A stretch of 64,000 nucleotides of DNA from Candidatus Dormiibacterota bacterium (GCA_963718525.1 OY970355.1:704001-768000); one strand, 5' to 3'; shown: positions 10,086 to 20,395, numbered from the stretch's first letter. Notes: generated by a model from the sequence alone, not told the origin. A program made the numbers and translations.

Positions 10086-11108
10086 CTAGCCCGCTGCCTG
10101 GGCGACCATGTTGAAAAGTCGCGATGCGTCAGCTGGATCTCTTCCCTCTCCCAACGCCACCATGAGCAGGATCCAAGCCTTTTCGGCGGTCAGGTCATTG
10201 GCGGACAAGAGCGGGAGCGCTCGCAGGGGTGAGCCGGTCCCACCGGTGGGCGGGGTCGGAACTCGGCCTTGAGGCGCTCTCGAGGCGATGACGACGGGAA
10301 CGTTCGCAGCTACCGCGCGCGCCACGCCTTCGAGCATCGGCAAGGGCACGGCCCCGGCGCCCGGAAGACCCTCAACAACAAGCCCGTGTGTGCCTCGATC
10401 CAAGGCAGCGTCAACCGCTGAAGCATCGGCGCCCGGGACAACTTTGAGGAGCGCAACCGCAGGATCGATGACGCCAGAGAAGCGCGGGCCCTCAACTGGC
10501 GTGCGCTCGTAGGTGACGTCGCCCTGTACCACCTTGCCCACCGGTCCGTTGACATCGATGAAAGCGTCGATGTCGTGCCTATGGCGCTTCCAGACCCCCC
10601 GGGCGGAAAGGATGCGCCCGTGAAAAGCGACTAAGACACCTTTGCCGCGAGATTCGTCTGCGCGCGCAACATCGAGCGCGTCCCGCAGGTTCGAGGGGCC
10701 ATCTGGTGAAGGATCGTCCGCACGGTGCATCGCGCCGGTGAAGACGATGGCGGCGTCGGCGTCGAAGAACAACTCGGTCATGTAGGCGAGATACTCAAGT
10801 GCAGACGTGCCAACAGTGACGACGAGGCCGCGCTCGGGATGCGTTCGAGCCTCATCACGGATCCTGAGGGCAATCACGCGCATCTGATCAGGGGTCAGCT
10901 GCCAACTCGGAACCCGCGAAATCTCCTCCGCGTCCACAGGCCCAGCCTGGCCGGCCAGACGCGTGACGGCATCACCGCCAAACAGCGGTGCGGTCTCGCC
11001 ACTGGATGGATCCAGCCCGGTGGCAATGGTTCCCCCGGTGGTCAAGACTTTGATCAGCCGGAGCCGATCGGATCCCGAGGTCTCGTCGCTCGCCAAGGGT
11101 TGGTGCAT
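10086..11108 (-). CDS. Asparaginase/glutaminase-fold amidohydrolase, non-canonical
   Basis: TTGGTIA motif and FTGAM...DGPSNL; HGTDT replaced by VGTSA. Confidence 0.8.
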   Translation of the reverse strand: MHQPLASDETSGSDRLRLIKVLTTGGTIATGLDPSSGETAPLFGGDAVTRLAGQAGPVDAEEISRVPSWQLTPDQMRVIALRIRDEARTHPERGLVVTVGTSALEYLAYMTELFFDADAAIVFTGAMHRADDPSPDGPSNLRDALDVARADESRGKGVLVAFHGRILSARGVWKRHRHDIDAFIDVNGPVGKVVQGDVTYERTPVEGPRFSGVIDPAVALLKVVPGADASAVDAALDRGTHGLVVEGLPGAGAVPLPMLEGVARAVAANVPVVIASRAPQGRVPTPPTGGTGSPLRALPLLSANDLTAEKAWILLMVALGEGRDPADASRLFNMVAQAAG

Positions 11109-11123
11109 GACGTTCGAGGCGGA

Positions 11124-13572
11124 CTACGCAGGCGGGGTATCGAGCGTCTGAGCGTCGCGCGTCGACTTCGCCTCGGCAGTATTTGCAGCTCGGCCTGCGT
11201 CGGCGACGAGTTCGGAGGATCTCATACGGCATGAGAGGCATCCGATCAACGCGAACACCCAGTGGGGACAGCGCATCTTCAATCGCTTCTGCAATGACAG
11301 CGGACACTGGAATGACGCCTGCTTCGCCCGTACCCTTGACACCCAACGGATTCAGCGGTGACGGCGTTTCAACATGATCGAGAATCACCTCTGGCACGAC
11401 ATCGGCCGTGGGGAGGCGGAAATCCATGAAGTTCGCTGAGAGCGGCTGTCCGTTGGGATCGAAGGCGAGCCTCTCGAGCAGCGCCCCGCCTATCCCCTGA
11501 ACCAAGCCGCCGAGCACCTGGCCCTCGACGATCATTGGATTCACCATGACGCCACAGTCATGCACGAGGACGTATTTGATGAGACGAACATCCCCGGTGC
11601 TAAGGTCGACCTCGATCGTGGCCGCATGGACGCCACTGCCATACAGCTGCTGTCCGGCGCCGAAGAATCCGCGCGCCTGAAACAGAGGAGGCACGCCGAT
11701 GACTTGTCCGGCTCGCAGGCTCAGCCGGTCCATGACGCTCGCGTCGTCAGCAGCAACGCGATCGACGGGGTAGCCGTATGGGTTCGTCAACGCGGCCAGC
11801 CCCGCGAACGATATCCGATTCTCCGGTGATCCGATCACCTGGACACCGCCATTGAGAAACTGCAGGTCAGCGGCCGAACATTCGAAAAGATCAGCGGCGT
11901 AGTCGGCAAGCTGGCGGCGGAGTTCCAGTGCCGCCTGCGCAACCGCGTTGCCCGCAAGAAGCAGCGACCGACTCCCAAAGGTCCCAAGACCAAACTCCAC
12001 TCGGCTGCTGTCACCTCCGCGTACGACCACCTGGTCAAAGGTCGCCCCGAGCGCGTCAGCAGCTATCTGCGCGAGCGATGTGCTGTGACCCTGCCCTTGG
12101 GAGGCTGTGGCCACGTCAAAGACAAACGTCCCTGAATCGGTGAGGCGCGCGGCGCATCCTTCGTATGGTCCGGGCCCAGTGGACTCGACGTACGTTCCCA
12201 TGCCCATGCCGATGAAGCGACCTTGGTTTCGCGCCTCACGCTGTTCAATACGGAAGCTGGTGGGGTCCAGGTGATCGAGTGCCTTTCCGAATGCTGCTGG
12301 GTAGTTGCCGCTGTCATAGCGAACCGGCGCATCAATGTGCAGGCCAACGTCATATGGGAACTCATCGGCCGGGATCAAATTGCGTGCGCGGATGACGTGA
12401 GGTTCAACGCCCAGACGCCGACCAACCGCACAGATGAGCCGCTCCATCACGAAAACCGCGTGCGGGCGGCCAGCGCCTCGATATGGGCTCACCGGCGGTT
12501 TGTTGGTGTAAAGAATGTCACCGTGGACTGAGTAATTGGCGACCTTGTACTGCCCGAGCACATGGGTCGCTGTATTTGCCGGGACTGCTATGCCATAGGG
12601 GATGTATGCGCCGGTGTCATGAATAAAGGAGGTGCGTACCGCAAGAATGGTTCCGTCAGCGTCAAACGCGATCTCCGCGTCATGTATCTGACCGCGCTCC
12701 TGGTTGGCGGCGACGAAGTGCTCCCATCGATCCTCTGCCCACTTCACAGGCAGGCCAAGCTGGCGCGCGGCGAAAGGGACGAGGACTTCCTCTGGGTAGA
12801 ACAGCATGATCTTGGCGCCAAACCCTCCGCCTACATCCGGTGCCACGACCTCCACCTGGTCTTGCGGCAGGCCGAGCAGCCTGCAGAGGCCGTGCTTGAT
12901 GGCGACTGGAGCTTGGGTCGAGTCCCAAACGCGCAGCAACTCGGCCTTCGGATCCCATTCCGCGAGGACACCTCGTGTCTCGATCGGACTCGCACAGGTT
13001 CTCTCGAGCGATAGGTGCAGGCGCTCTACAAAGGGTGCGTTCGCAAATGCTGCTTCCACATCGCCGATTCCATCGTCGATTGCCCCAGCGAGGTTGCCGG
13101 GCACCTCGTCGTGCACGCGGTCGGCGCTCCCTGCGGCAGATACCAGGTCGACGACTGCGCCAAGCGGCTCGTAGTCGACGCGGACCAGCGCCGCCGCATC
13201 TTCGGCGAGATACCGATCATCGGCGACGATCATCGCCACCGCTTCGCCGACGTAACGCACCCGGGAGACCGCGAGCGGCAATTGCGTACGCGGCGAGCTG
13301 AGTGCGGAATTCGGCGAGAGGAGCGGCAGTGGCGAATTGAGCGCTCCGATGTCATGACCGGTCAGGACGAGGTGCACGCCGGGTGCAGCAGTCGCGGCCG
13401 CGACATCGATAGACACTATCCGCGCATTCGCATGTGCGCTCCGGAGGAATGCAGCGTGGAGCGCTCCGTGCAGCTCAATGTCGTCCAAATATCGACCCCG
13501 TCCTCGGAGCAGACGATCATCTTCGCGCCGACGAACGGGTGCGCCGACGTAGCTCGGCGAATCGCTAACCAT
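11124..13572 (-). CDS. Xanthine dehydrogenase family molybdopterin-binding large subunit (CoxL-like); 1-nt frameshift near the 3' end (~11215)
   Basis: RREDDRLLRGRG, VGGGFGAK, PYRGAGR, GQGHST and KGTGEAG; removing one C in ATCCTCCGAACTC restores ILELVAD... ending at the 11124 stop. Confidence 0.9.
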
Positions 13573-14053
13573 CCTTGCCCATCTCCGCCGGCGCCAACAC
13601 GCTATCGATAGCGCGCACGATGTTCCGGTAGCCTGTGCAGCGGCAGAGGTGACCACCGAGAGAACTCAGCAACTCTTCTCTACCCGTCGCACCCTCGTTG
13701 AGGCTTGCTGTCAATGACATAACAATGCCGGAAGTGCAGAATCCACACTGGAGACCATGCTCAGCCCGGAACGCCTCCTGTACCCGGGTCAATGGGCCAT
13801 CGCCTGCGAGTCCCTCGATTGTTGTGATATTCGCTCCGTCCGCCTGGACCGCGAGCATGAGGCACGAGCGGACTGCGCCGCCATCGACGATGACGGTGCA
13901 AGCGCCACAGACGCCATGTTCACAACCGACATGCGTCCCTGTCAGGCCGAGCGTGTGACGAAGCCAATCCGAGAGCAACAGACGGGATGGGACCTCCATC
14001 TCGTGCCGGATCCCATTCACCTCGCACGTGATCGATCGCATATCCTGATTCAT
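13565..14053 (-). CDS. (2Fe-2S)-binding small subunit (CoxS-like)
   Basis: GCEHGVCGACTV, QCGFCT and LCRCTGY motifs. Confidence 0.95.
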   Translation of the reverse strand: MNQDMRSITCEVNGIRHEMEVPSRLLLSDWLRHTLGLTGTHVGCEHGVCGACTVIVDGGAVRSCLMLAVQADGANITTIEGLAGDGPLTRVQEAFRAEHGLQCGFCTSGIVMSLTASLNEGATGREELLSSLGGHLCRCTGYRNIVRAIDSVLAPAEMGKDG

Positions 14054-14919
14054 AAGGAGACCTGGGAAGTACTGAGGGCCTGTTGCAGGGATCGTACGAC
14101 CATTGGTCCAACGAGCTCATAGCGATACGCGGTTTCAGGGTCGTTCGTCGGCTCTTCGCGCACCTCGTCAACGGCCATCGCGGCCGCGGTGCGAATGCTG
14201 TCCTCAGCTATGTCGCGTTCCTTGAAGACGCTCTCGGCCGTATGGCACCGGACTGCTCGACGCCCGGGTCCGAAGGCGACGATCTGAACCGCAGCACCCT
14301 CCAGGCCGTTTCTAACCAGACAGGCAGCGCCTGCAAGAGCAAAGTCGCCCCGCCGTTGCGCATATTCTGTGAAGCCCCAACCAGTCCCCATCGGTGGCAG
14401 CGGCATGACAATCTCCACGAGCATCTCATCCGGATGAAGCGCGGTGGTGAGGAAGCCGCGGAAGAAGTCGTCCGCCGGGATCGTTCGAGTTCCCCCGGAA
14501 CTCGCGACACGCATCACAGCATCGGTAAGCATGCAGATCGCCGGAATCTCAGCGGCCGGGTCCGCGTGCGCGATCGTTCCTCCCACTGTACCCCGATTGC
14601 GGATTTGGACATGCCCCACCCATCGCGAGGCTGCGACCAGTAACGGGAATCGTTGCGCGAGCTCGGACGACTGTTCCAATGCCCGCACCCGCGTCAGCGC
14701 CCCAAGCGAGAGTTGCTCCTGGTCAAGGCGAATTCCTGCCAAGCCGGAGATGTAGTTGACATCAACAATCACCCGAGGTTGGACCAGGCGAAAGTTCATC
14801 AATGGGATGAGGCTCTGTCCGCCTGCCAGCACCTTGGAGTCGTCTGGAGCCGCAGCAAGGATTGTCACCGCTTCAGCAACGCTGCTGGGACGACTGTACT
14901 GAAACGGGGCGGGCTTCAT
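14050..14919 (-). CDS. FAD-binding medium subunit (CoxM-like)
   Basis: MKPAPFQY, LAGGQSL, IRNRGTVGG...HADP and RRGDFA motifs. Confidence 0.93.
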   Translation of the reverse strand: MKPAPFQYSRPSSVAEAVTILAAAPDDSKVLAGGQSLIPLMNFRLVQPRVIVDVNYISGLAGIRLDQEQLSLGALTRVRALEQSSELAQRFPLLVAASRWVGHVQIRNRGTVGGTIAHADPAAEIPAICMLTDAVMRVASSGGTRTIPADDFFRGFLTTALHPDEMLVEIVMPLPPMGTGWGFTEYAQRRGDFALAGAACLVRNGLEGAAVQIVAFGPGRRAVRCHTAESVFKERDIAEDSIRTAAAMAVDEVREEPTNDPETAYRYELVGPMVVRSLQQALSTSQVSL

Positions 14920-14954
14920 CGATGGGTGCTCCTCAGCAGTAGAGATCGCAGCGT

Positions 14955-14985
14955 TATATTGTATACATGAAGGCAACAGTGTCAA
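14955..14985. promoter_or_regulatory. Divergent promoter region with GntR-type operator, copy 2
   Basis: TATATTGTATACA at 14955-14967; minus-strand TTGACA-N16-TACAAT for coxM; plus-strand TATATT 6 nt before the MFS ATG (possibly leaderless). Confidence 0.7.
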
Positions 14986-16172
14986 GCGCGGCTCAGCGAA
15001 GCAGTGTGCGTGTCGCTTGTGCCTTCGTGCTCGCCGCGGCCACGCTCAGGCCGCAGCTGGTTGCGGTCGCTCCCTTGCTTCCGAACATGACAAGGGATCT
15101 CCACCTCTCGTACGTCACCGCCGGGTTGCTGGGCGCGCTTCCCGTTCTTTGCATGGGCCTCGCGGCTCCGCTGCCATTCTGGTTGCGTGAGTGGGTCACA
15201 TCGAGAGCCCTGCTCACTGCGGGTATGGGCGCGATCGCTCTCTTCGGGACCCTGCGCGCGCTCAGCCCTGATTCCCTGACCGTGTTGTTGACCACGCTCG
15301 GCGTCGGCGTGGGAATCGCCATCGCCGGCGCATCGCTGCCCATCATGGTTAAGGAGGAGTTTCCTGGGCAACCACTCCGAGCTACGGCAACCTACACGAC
15401 GGGCCTTCAAGTTGGTGCTGTCGCGTCCGCGGCATTGGCAATTCCACTTGCGGCCGCCTTCGGTGGCTGGCGCCTGGCATTGCTGGCGTTCTCAATAGCG
15501 ACAGCGGGACTTCTCATCCTCGTGATTGGTCTGACCCGACACTTGCGTGCTGGGGGCCGCGCGGGGAAGTCGATGATCCGTGTGCGGATCGACAGGCGAA
15601 CGCTGGCCAGCGCAGGCGCGTTCGCGCTCTTCTGCTTCGCGTATTACGGCCTCACCTCCTGGCTCCCCAGTGCGTATGTCGCGTTCGGCTGGACCGCCGC
15701 GGCGAGCGGCATCCTCATCGCATTGCTCAACGTGGGGTCGCTGCTCGGAAGCTTCGGGACGGTGTTCTGGGCCCGGCGCTGGTTATCGGGCGGAGACGGG
15801 CTGGCTCTCATCGCCGGCGCCTTCGCCATCAGCGTCGCCGGCCTGGTCTTCGTGCCCCTTCTCGGTTACCCCCTGGCCTTCATTTCAGGAGTCGCCAATG
15901 GAGCATTGCTGGCGCTTATGCTGGCACTCCCTGTTCAGATTAGCACTGACCCACGCGACGCTGCGGTGCGCTCGGCGGTCACCATTGGGGTTGGCTATGC
16001 CGTGGCGTCCGCAGGTCCAGTGACCGTGGGCGCGCTTCGCGACGTGACCACGTCGTTCACCATCGCGCTCTCGGCGGTCGTTGCAAGCGCGCTTGCGCTA
16101 TGGATCGTCTGCATCGGGATCGCAGCACACACCCGCCAGAGCAGACCGACACACGCCGTGCCTGGGGCCTAA
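14967..16172 (+). CDS. MFS transporter (CynX/NimT-like)
   Basis: About 12 hydrophobic segments; LRP...VAPLLP and P.MVKEEFP motifs typical of the CynX family. Confidence 0.85.
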   Translation: MKATVSSAAQRSSVRVACAFVLAAATLRPQLVAVAPLLPNMTRDLHLSYVTAGLLGALPVLCMGLAAPLPFWLREWVTSRALLTAGMGAIALFGTLRALSPDSLTVLLTTLGVGVGIAIAGASLPIMVKEEFPGQPLRATATYTTGLQVGAVASAALAIPLAAAFGGWRLALLAFSIATAGLLILVIGLTRHLRAGGRAGKSMIRVRIDRRTLASAGAFALFCFAYYGLTSWLPSAYVAFGWTAAASGILIALLNVGSLLGSFGTVFWARRWLSGGDGLALIAGAFAISVAGLVFVPLLGYPLAFISGVANGALLALMLALPVQISTDPRDAAVRSAVTIGVGYAVASAGPVTVGALRDVTTSFTIALSAVVASALALWIVCIGIAAHTRQSRPTHAVPGA

Positions 16173-16246
16173 CAGCAGCAGAAGGACACCACTTCTGCCG
16201 GCCCGGCGTCGTTTACGAGGACCGATTCGTCCCCTCGTAAAATCGC

Positions 16247-16275
16247 TTGACTTCTCAAATCTTATACTGTATACA
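16247..16275 (+). promoter_or_regulatory. Sigma70-type promoter of the ABC operon overlapped by operator copy 3
   Basis: TTGACT(16247)-N17-TATACA(16270); TATACTGTATACA at 16263-16275. Confidence 0.7.
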
Positions 16276-16384
16276 TGTCCGCCACGGGGGTACAGCACGG
16301 TCATATCGAACCGGTACGTCCGAGGGTGTATTCCCACAGCTGCATGGATGGTTTTGGTCCAAGTTGAACTGGAGGCGAGTGGTC

Positions 16385-17542
16385 ATGAGCGGCGATTCGG
16401 CGACACCCGAGGTAACACCAGAACTCAGGTTTCTGACTCGTGAGTTTCTCACTGGCCACATGACGCGCCGCGAGTGGATGGGCAAGATGCTCATGGCAGG
16501 GGTTTCCCTCGCCGGCCTGAGCTACGTGCTCGCGGCATGCGGAGGAGCAGCCACCAGCACCTCATCGTCCGGGACGGGCGGCAAAGGGCCAACAATCGGA
16601 TTCGTTATTCCACTGATTTCGAACCCGTATTGGGAGCTCATGCAGAACTTCGCACTGGAGTGCGCCAAGCAATTCGACATCACCCTCGTGACTGGTCAAG
16701 CCAACAGCGACGACAACACGCAGTTGAGCATTGTTCAGGACTTCATTTCGAAGAAGGTCGACGGAATGGTCATTGGGGCGGTTGACAATACCGTTGGCCA
16801 GCCCATCTTGTCGGCCGTGACACAGGCGAACATCCCGCTCACCTTCATGCAGAGACTCCCCGGCGTGGACCCCACGAACTTCTCGAAGAAAGTATTCGTC
16901 GGGTACGTCGGGACCGATGACGCGGATGCCGGATTCGCTTCAGCCCAAGCGCTGTACAACGCTGGTTCGCGGAAGTGGGTGGGGCTGACGGGTGCGGCCG
17001 GAAACTCCGTCGCCGTCGTGCGGCTGCAAGGCATGCAGAAGTTTGTCCAGCAGCATTCAGACGTGACCCTGCTCCATGTGCAGTATGGGAATGAGGCGAG
17101 GTCAAGCGGGCAGACAACAATGGAGGACTACTTGTCCGCCTATCCTGGGCCCAGCTTCGACGGCGTGTGGTCGTTCAACGACGAAGGTGCACTTGGAGCC
17201 ATCGCGGCGCTCGCCAATGCGAACGTCAGCAAAGAGAAGGTCGTGATGATCGACGGCACTGTCGATGGCTGCGATGCTGTGCAGGGCGGGAGTGCCCTCG
17301 CCACCTTTGGTGGTGGGTACGCGTGCGGCACTTTCGCGCTGATTGAACTGTATGATTCGCTCCACGGCAAGTACCCGGACAACCGCAACGTGAACATGCC
17401 TTTGATCCCTGTCACCCAACAGACTGTGACTGCTTACCAGGAGCAGGTCGTCAACGGTGCGTCCAGTTACAACTTCAAGGCAGCATCGGCAGTGTTCACT
17501 CCGGGGGCAGGAACCAAAGACTACAAGATCGTCCTGCACTAA
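16385..17542 (+). CDS. Sugar-type (RbsB-like) ABC substrate-binding lipoprotein with twin-arginine signal
   Basis: MTRREW...LAAC lipobox; SNPYW, YVGTDD and FNDEGALGA periplasmic-binding motifs. Confidence 0.9.
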   Translation: MSGDSATPEVTPELRFLTREFLTGHMTRREWMGKMLMAGVSLAGLSYVLAACGGAATSTSSSGTGGKGPTIGFVIPLISNPYWELMQNFALECAKQFDITLVTGQANSDDNTQLSIVQDFISKKVDGMVIGAVDNTVGQPILSAVTQANIPLTFMQRLPGVDPTNFSKKVFVGYVGTDDADAGFASAQALYNAGSRKWVGLTGAAGNSVAVVRLQGMQKFVQQHSDVTLLHVQYGNEARSSGQTTMEDYLSAYPGPSFDGVWSFNDEGALGAIAALANANVSKEKVVMIDGTVDGCDAVQGGSALATFGGGYACGTFALIELYDSLHGKYPDNRNVNMPLIPVTQQTVTAYQEQVVNGASSYNFKAASAVFTPGAGTKDYKIVLH

Positions 17543-17564
17543 CCAAGGAGGGCAGGGCGCTAAG

Positions 17565-19130
17565 GTGACTGTTGATCCCGAGGCTCAGATAGCCCCCTCC
17601 GACAGCAAACCCTCCGCCGGCGGGGCGGAGGGTTTGCCCATGCACGGGCTCAGCATTGTCGGTGTTACCAAGCATTACCCGGGAACACAGGCCCTACGGC
17701 TCGCTCCCGCAGAGACGCTGACCTTCGCCCACGGCTCGATACATGGGCTGGCCGGACTCAACGGCGCCGGAAAGTCGACCCTCGTGGCAATCATCGCCGG
17801 AATCCAGCGTCCTACGTCGGGACGCATGTGGCTCGACGGGGTTCCATATGCTCCACGCAATACGGAACACGCACGAGACCGCGGCATCGATATCGTGCTG
17901 CAGGAACCGGCTCTGATCGACAGCATGACCGTCGAGGAAAATCTTGTACTGGGCAGGGAAAGGAGCTTCGCGCCTTTCGGCGTGTTCAATCCCCAGAAGC
18001 GTCGACGTTTGGCGCAGGCGGCGCTGGATCGACTACCCGTCAAGCCTCCGCTGACAACCCTGGCCGGCAAATTGACGCTGGAAGAACAAAAACTTGTTGA
18101 GCTTGCTCGTGCGCTGAGCCTCAACCCCAAGATCTTGATCATGGATGAGGTCACGGCAAGCATGTCCGCGCGCGGGGCAGAGAACATCAGGCAAGTCCTA
18201 CGCCAATTCGCCGCCGAAGGGAAACTCATCATCTACATCTCGCATCATCTTGATGAGATCTTCCAGTCGTGCGACCTGGTCACTGTGATCAAGGATGGGC
18301 GGCCGGTGGGCACGATTCGGCCTGCCGATACTGACCGACCCCGCCTCGAGATGATGATGGTCGGAAGCGCAGTGGCAAATGCTCGAGATCGGCCACCGGT
18401 CGCTGACGGCGAACCCGTGCTCGAGCTAAACGATGTCGAGGTGCGAGGTCAGTTCCAACATGTTTCCCTCGCCGTACGACGAGGGCAGGTCCTTGGCATC
18501 GCCGGCCTGATGGATTCGGGGGCGGGCGCGCTTGCGATGACTCTCTTTGGTGCCCAACGCCCGAGAGCAGGAACCATGCGTCTGGAAGGGTCACCGATCC
18601 GCTTTCGAGGACCACACCACGCCGTTTCGTCGGGTGTCGGTTTCATCCCATCAGATCGTGACCGAGACGGAGTCATCCTCGGCATCAGTATCCAGAAGAA
18701 CATCGCCCTGGCGGCCCTTCCGTGGATCGCAACACGGGGCTTCCTGAATCCTCGTCGGGAGCGCCGTCTATCTGACGGACTCGTTGATCGTTTGAAGATC
18801 AAGTGCCATGACTCTGGTGATCTGCCCATGCGCCTGAGCGGCGGGAATCGCCAGAAGGTAGCCTTCGCAAAGTGGCTTGCTCGACAACCCAAGGTGCTTG
18901 TCCTGCACAATCCCACCCGAGGTGTCGACGTCGAGGGGTATGCCGACATTCACCGCCACATCATGGAATGCGCTGAGCAGGGGGTTGGCATCGTTCTCGT
19001 CAGCGACAACCTGTCGGAGCTGCTTGAGCTAAGTGATCAGATGATCACCATGCGACGGGGACAAATCTCTGGAACGTTTGCTCGGAGCCAGCGACCGAGC
19101 GAACGGCAACTTGTGGATCTAATGCTATGA
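17565..19130 (+). CDS. Sugar ABC transporter ATP-binding protein (tandem domains)
   Basis: GLNGAGKST, ILIMDE, LSGGNRQKV and NPTRGVD motifs. Confidence 0.92.
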   Translation: MTVDPEAQIAPSDSKPSAGGAEGLPMHGLSIVGVTKHYPGTQALRLAPAETLTFAHGSIHGLAGLNGAGKSTLVAIIAGIQRPTSGRMWLDGVPYAPRNTEHARDRGIDIVLQEPALIDSMTVEENLVLGRERSFAPFGVFNPQKRRRLAQAALDRLPVKPPLTTLAGKLTLEEQKLVELARALSLNPKILIMDEVTASMSARGAENIRQVLRQFAAEGKLIIYISHHLDEIFQSCDLVTVIKDGRPVGTIRPADTDRPRLEMMMVGSAVANARDRPPVADGEPVLELNDVEVRGQFQHVSLAVRRGQVLGIAGLMDSGAGALAMTLFGAQRPRAGTMRLEGSPIRFRGPHHAVSSGVGFIPSDRDRDGVILGISIQKNIALAALPWIATRGFLNPRRERRLSDGLVDRLKIKCHDSGDLPMRLSGGNRQKVAFAKWLARQPKVLVLHNPTRGVDVEGYADIHRHIMECAEQGVGIVLVSDNLSELLELSDQMITMRRGQISGTFARSQRPSERQLVDLML

Positions 19131-20122
19131 GCCAAGCGCCCGATGTTCCCGCGGCCGAGGTCGTGACGGTTGATGGCGGCAGCGCGCCCATAAGACGTGC
19201 GCGGTGGATCGGCGTGGTCCGGCGAATCGTCCCATTCGCAGCGCTGATCGTGCTCATCATTTTCTTCTCTATCACGGGAGGGACGGCCTTCCTGAGCTAC
19301 AACAACGCGTTGTTCCTGATTCAGCAGAGCGCAATCATCGCCATACCCGCGTACGGGACGACCATGGTCATTCTCGCCGGCAGCATCGATTTGTCGGTGG
19401 GGTCGAATATTGGCCTCTCAGGGATGGTGGCCGCGCTCGTCGCCACAAGCCATGGAGTCGTTGCAGGCATGGTGGCCGGTGTGCTGGCCGGAGTCGCGCT
19501 GGGGCTCCTCAACGGCATCGGATTTGCAGTGCTTCGGGTGCCGTCATTCATCGTAACACTGGCCACTCTGTCGATCGCTGAGGGAGTGACCCTCGTCCTG
19601 TCGCAATCGCAACCGGTGTCTGTTCCGCTCGGGTTTCAGGGCATCGGGCAGCTGCCCGGCATCATCGTGCTGTTTGCGGCCTGCACCATCGGCTGCGTGA
19701 TCGTCCTCCACCTGACCTCTTTTGGACGACGCGCAGTGGCCATCGGGGGCCAGGAGCGCGTGGCGTGGCTGTCGGGCGTCCGCGTCGCGCGAATGAAGAT
19801 CTACATCTTCATGTTCGCGGGTTTGATGGCAGGGCTCGGCGGCATCGCTCTCACAGCTCGCGTTGGTTCGGCCACACCGGATGCTGCACAGGGATTCGAA
19901 CTAACAGCGATCACTGCGGTGGTCTTGGGTGGCACTCCGCTCACCGGGGGCGTGGGCAACATGTTCAATACGCTGGTCGGCGCCTTCATCCTGTCGATTC
20001 TCTTGAACGGGATGATCATCCTTGGACTCTCGGATGATGCCCAGCTGATCGCGCAAGGCTGTGTGCTCGTGGCTGCAGTGCTCCTGTCCTTGGATCGCTC
20101 AAAGCTGTCGATGATCAAGTGA
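19127..20122 (+). CDS. Sugar ABC transporter permease (RbsC-like)
   Basis: GSIDLSVG, TSFGR...AIGG and ELTAITAVVLGGT motifs. Confidence 0.92.
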   Translation: MSQAPDVPAAEVVTVDGGSAPIRRARWIGVVRRIVPFAALIVLIIFFSITGGTAFLSYNNALFLIQQSAIIAIPAYGTTMVILAGSIDLSVGSNIGLSGMVAALVATSHGVVAGMVAGVLAGVALGLLNGIGFAVLRVPSFIVTLATLSIAEGVTLVLSQSQPVSVPLGFQGIGQLPGIIVLFAACTIGCVIVLHLTSFGRRAVAIGGQERVAWLSGVRVARMKIYIFMFAGLMAGLGGIALTARVGSATPDAAQGFELTAITAVVLGGTPLTGGVGNMFNTLVGAFILSILLNGMIILGLSDDAQLIAQGCVLVAAVLLSLDRSKLSMIK

Positions 20123-20152
20123 TTGCGCCGCGGCCGGTGCCTGGAGGATGAC

Positions 20153-20395
20153 ATGGGACTTGTAGGCGGACATCTTCCTGAGATCATCATCCTTTTGGTG
20201 GTGATCCTGATTGTCTGGGGACCGGGGAAACTCCCCGATATCGGCGCCGCAGTGGGTAAGGGTATCCGCGAGTTTCGTACGGCATCGTCCGAAGCTGACG
20301 ATTCGGTCACCGAGGCGACGAGGGTGGCGACTTCGCAATCGGCTGAGGGCATGCCCACCGAGGCGGTGAATTCCGAGCCGTCGGTTCCCGGGTGA
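20153..20395 (+). CDS. tatA: Twin-arginine translocase TatA/E subunit
   Basis: EIIILLVVILIVWGPGKLPDIG..VGKGIREFR; GGAGG RBS. Confidence 0.9.
   Translation: MGLVGGHLPEIIILLVVILIVWGPGKLPDIGAAVGKGIREFRTASSEADDSVTEATRVATSQSAEGMPTEAVNSEPSVPG

Noticed and set aside
11124-14919. True aerobic CO dehydrogenase
   Set aside because: The active-site loop is PYRGAGR, not the form I AYxCSFR, and no coxDEFG accessory genes are present
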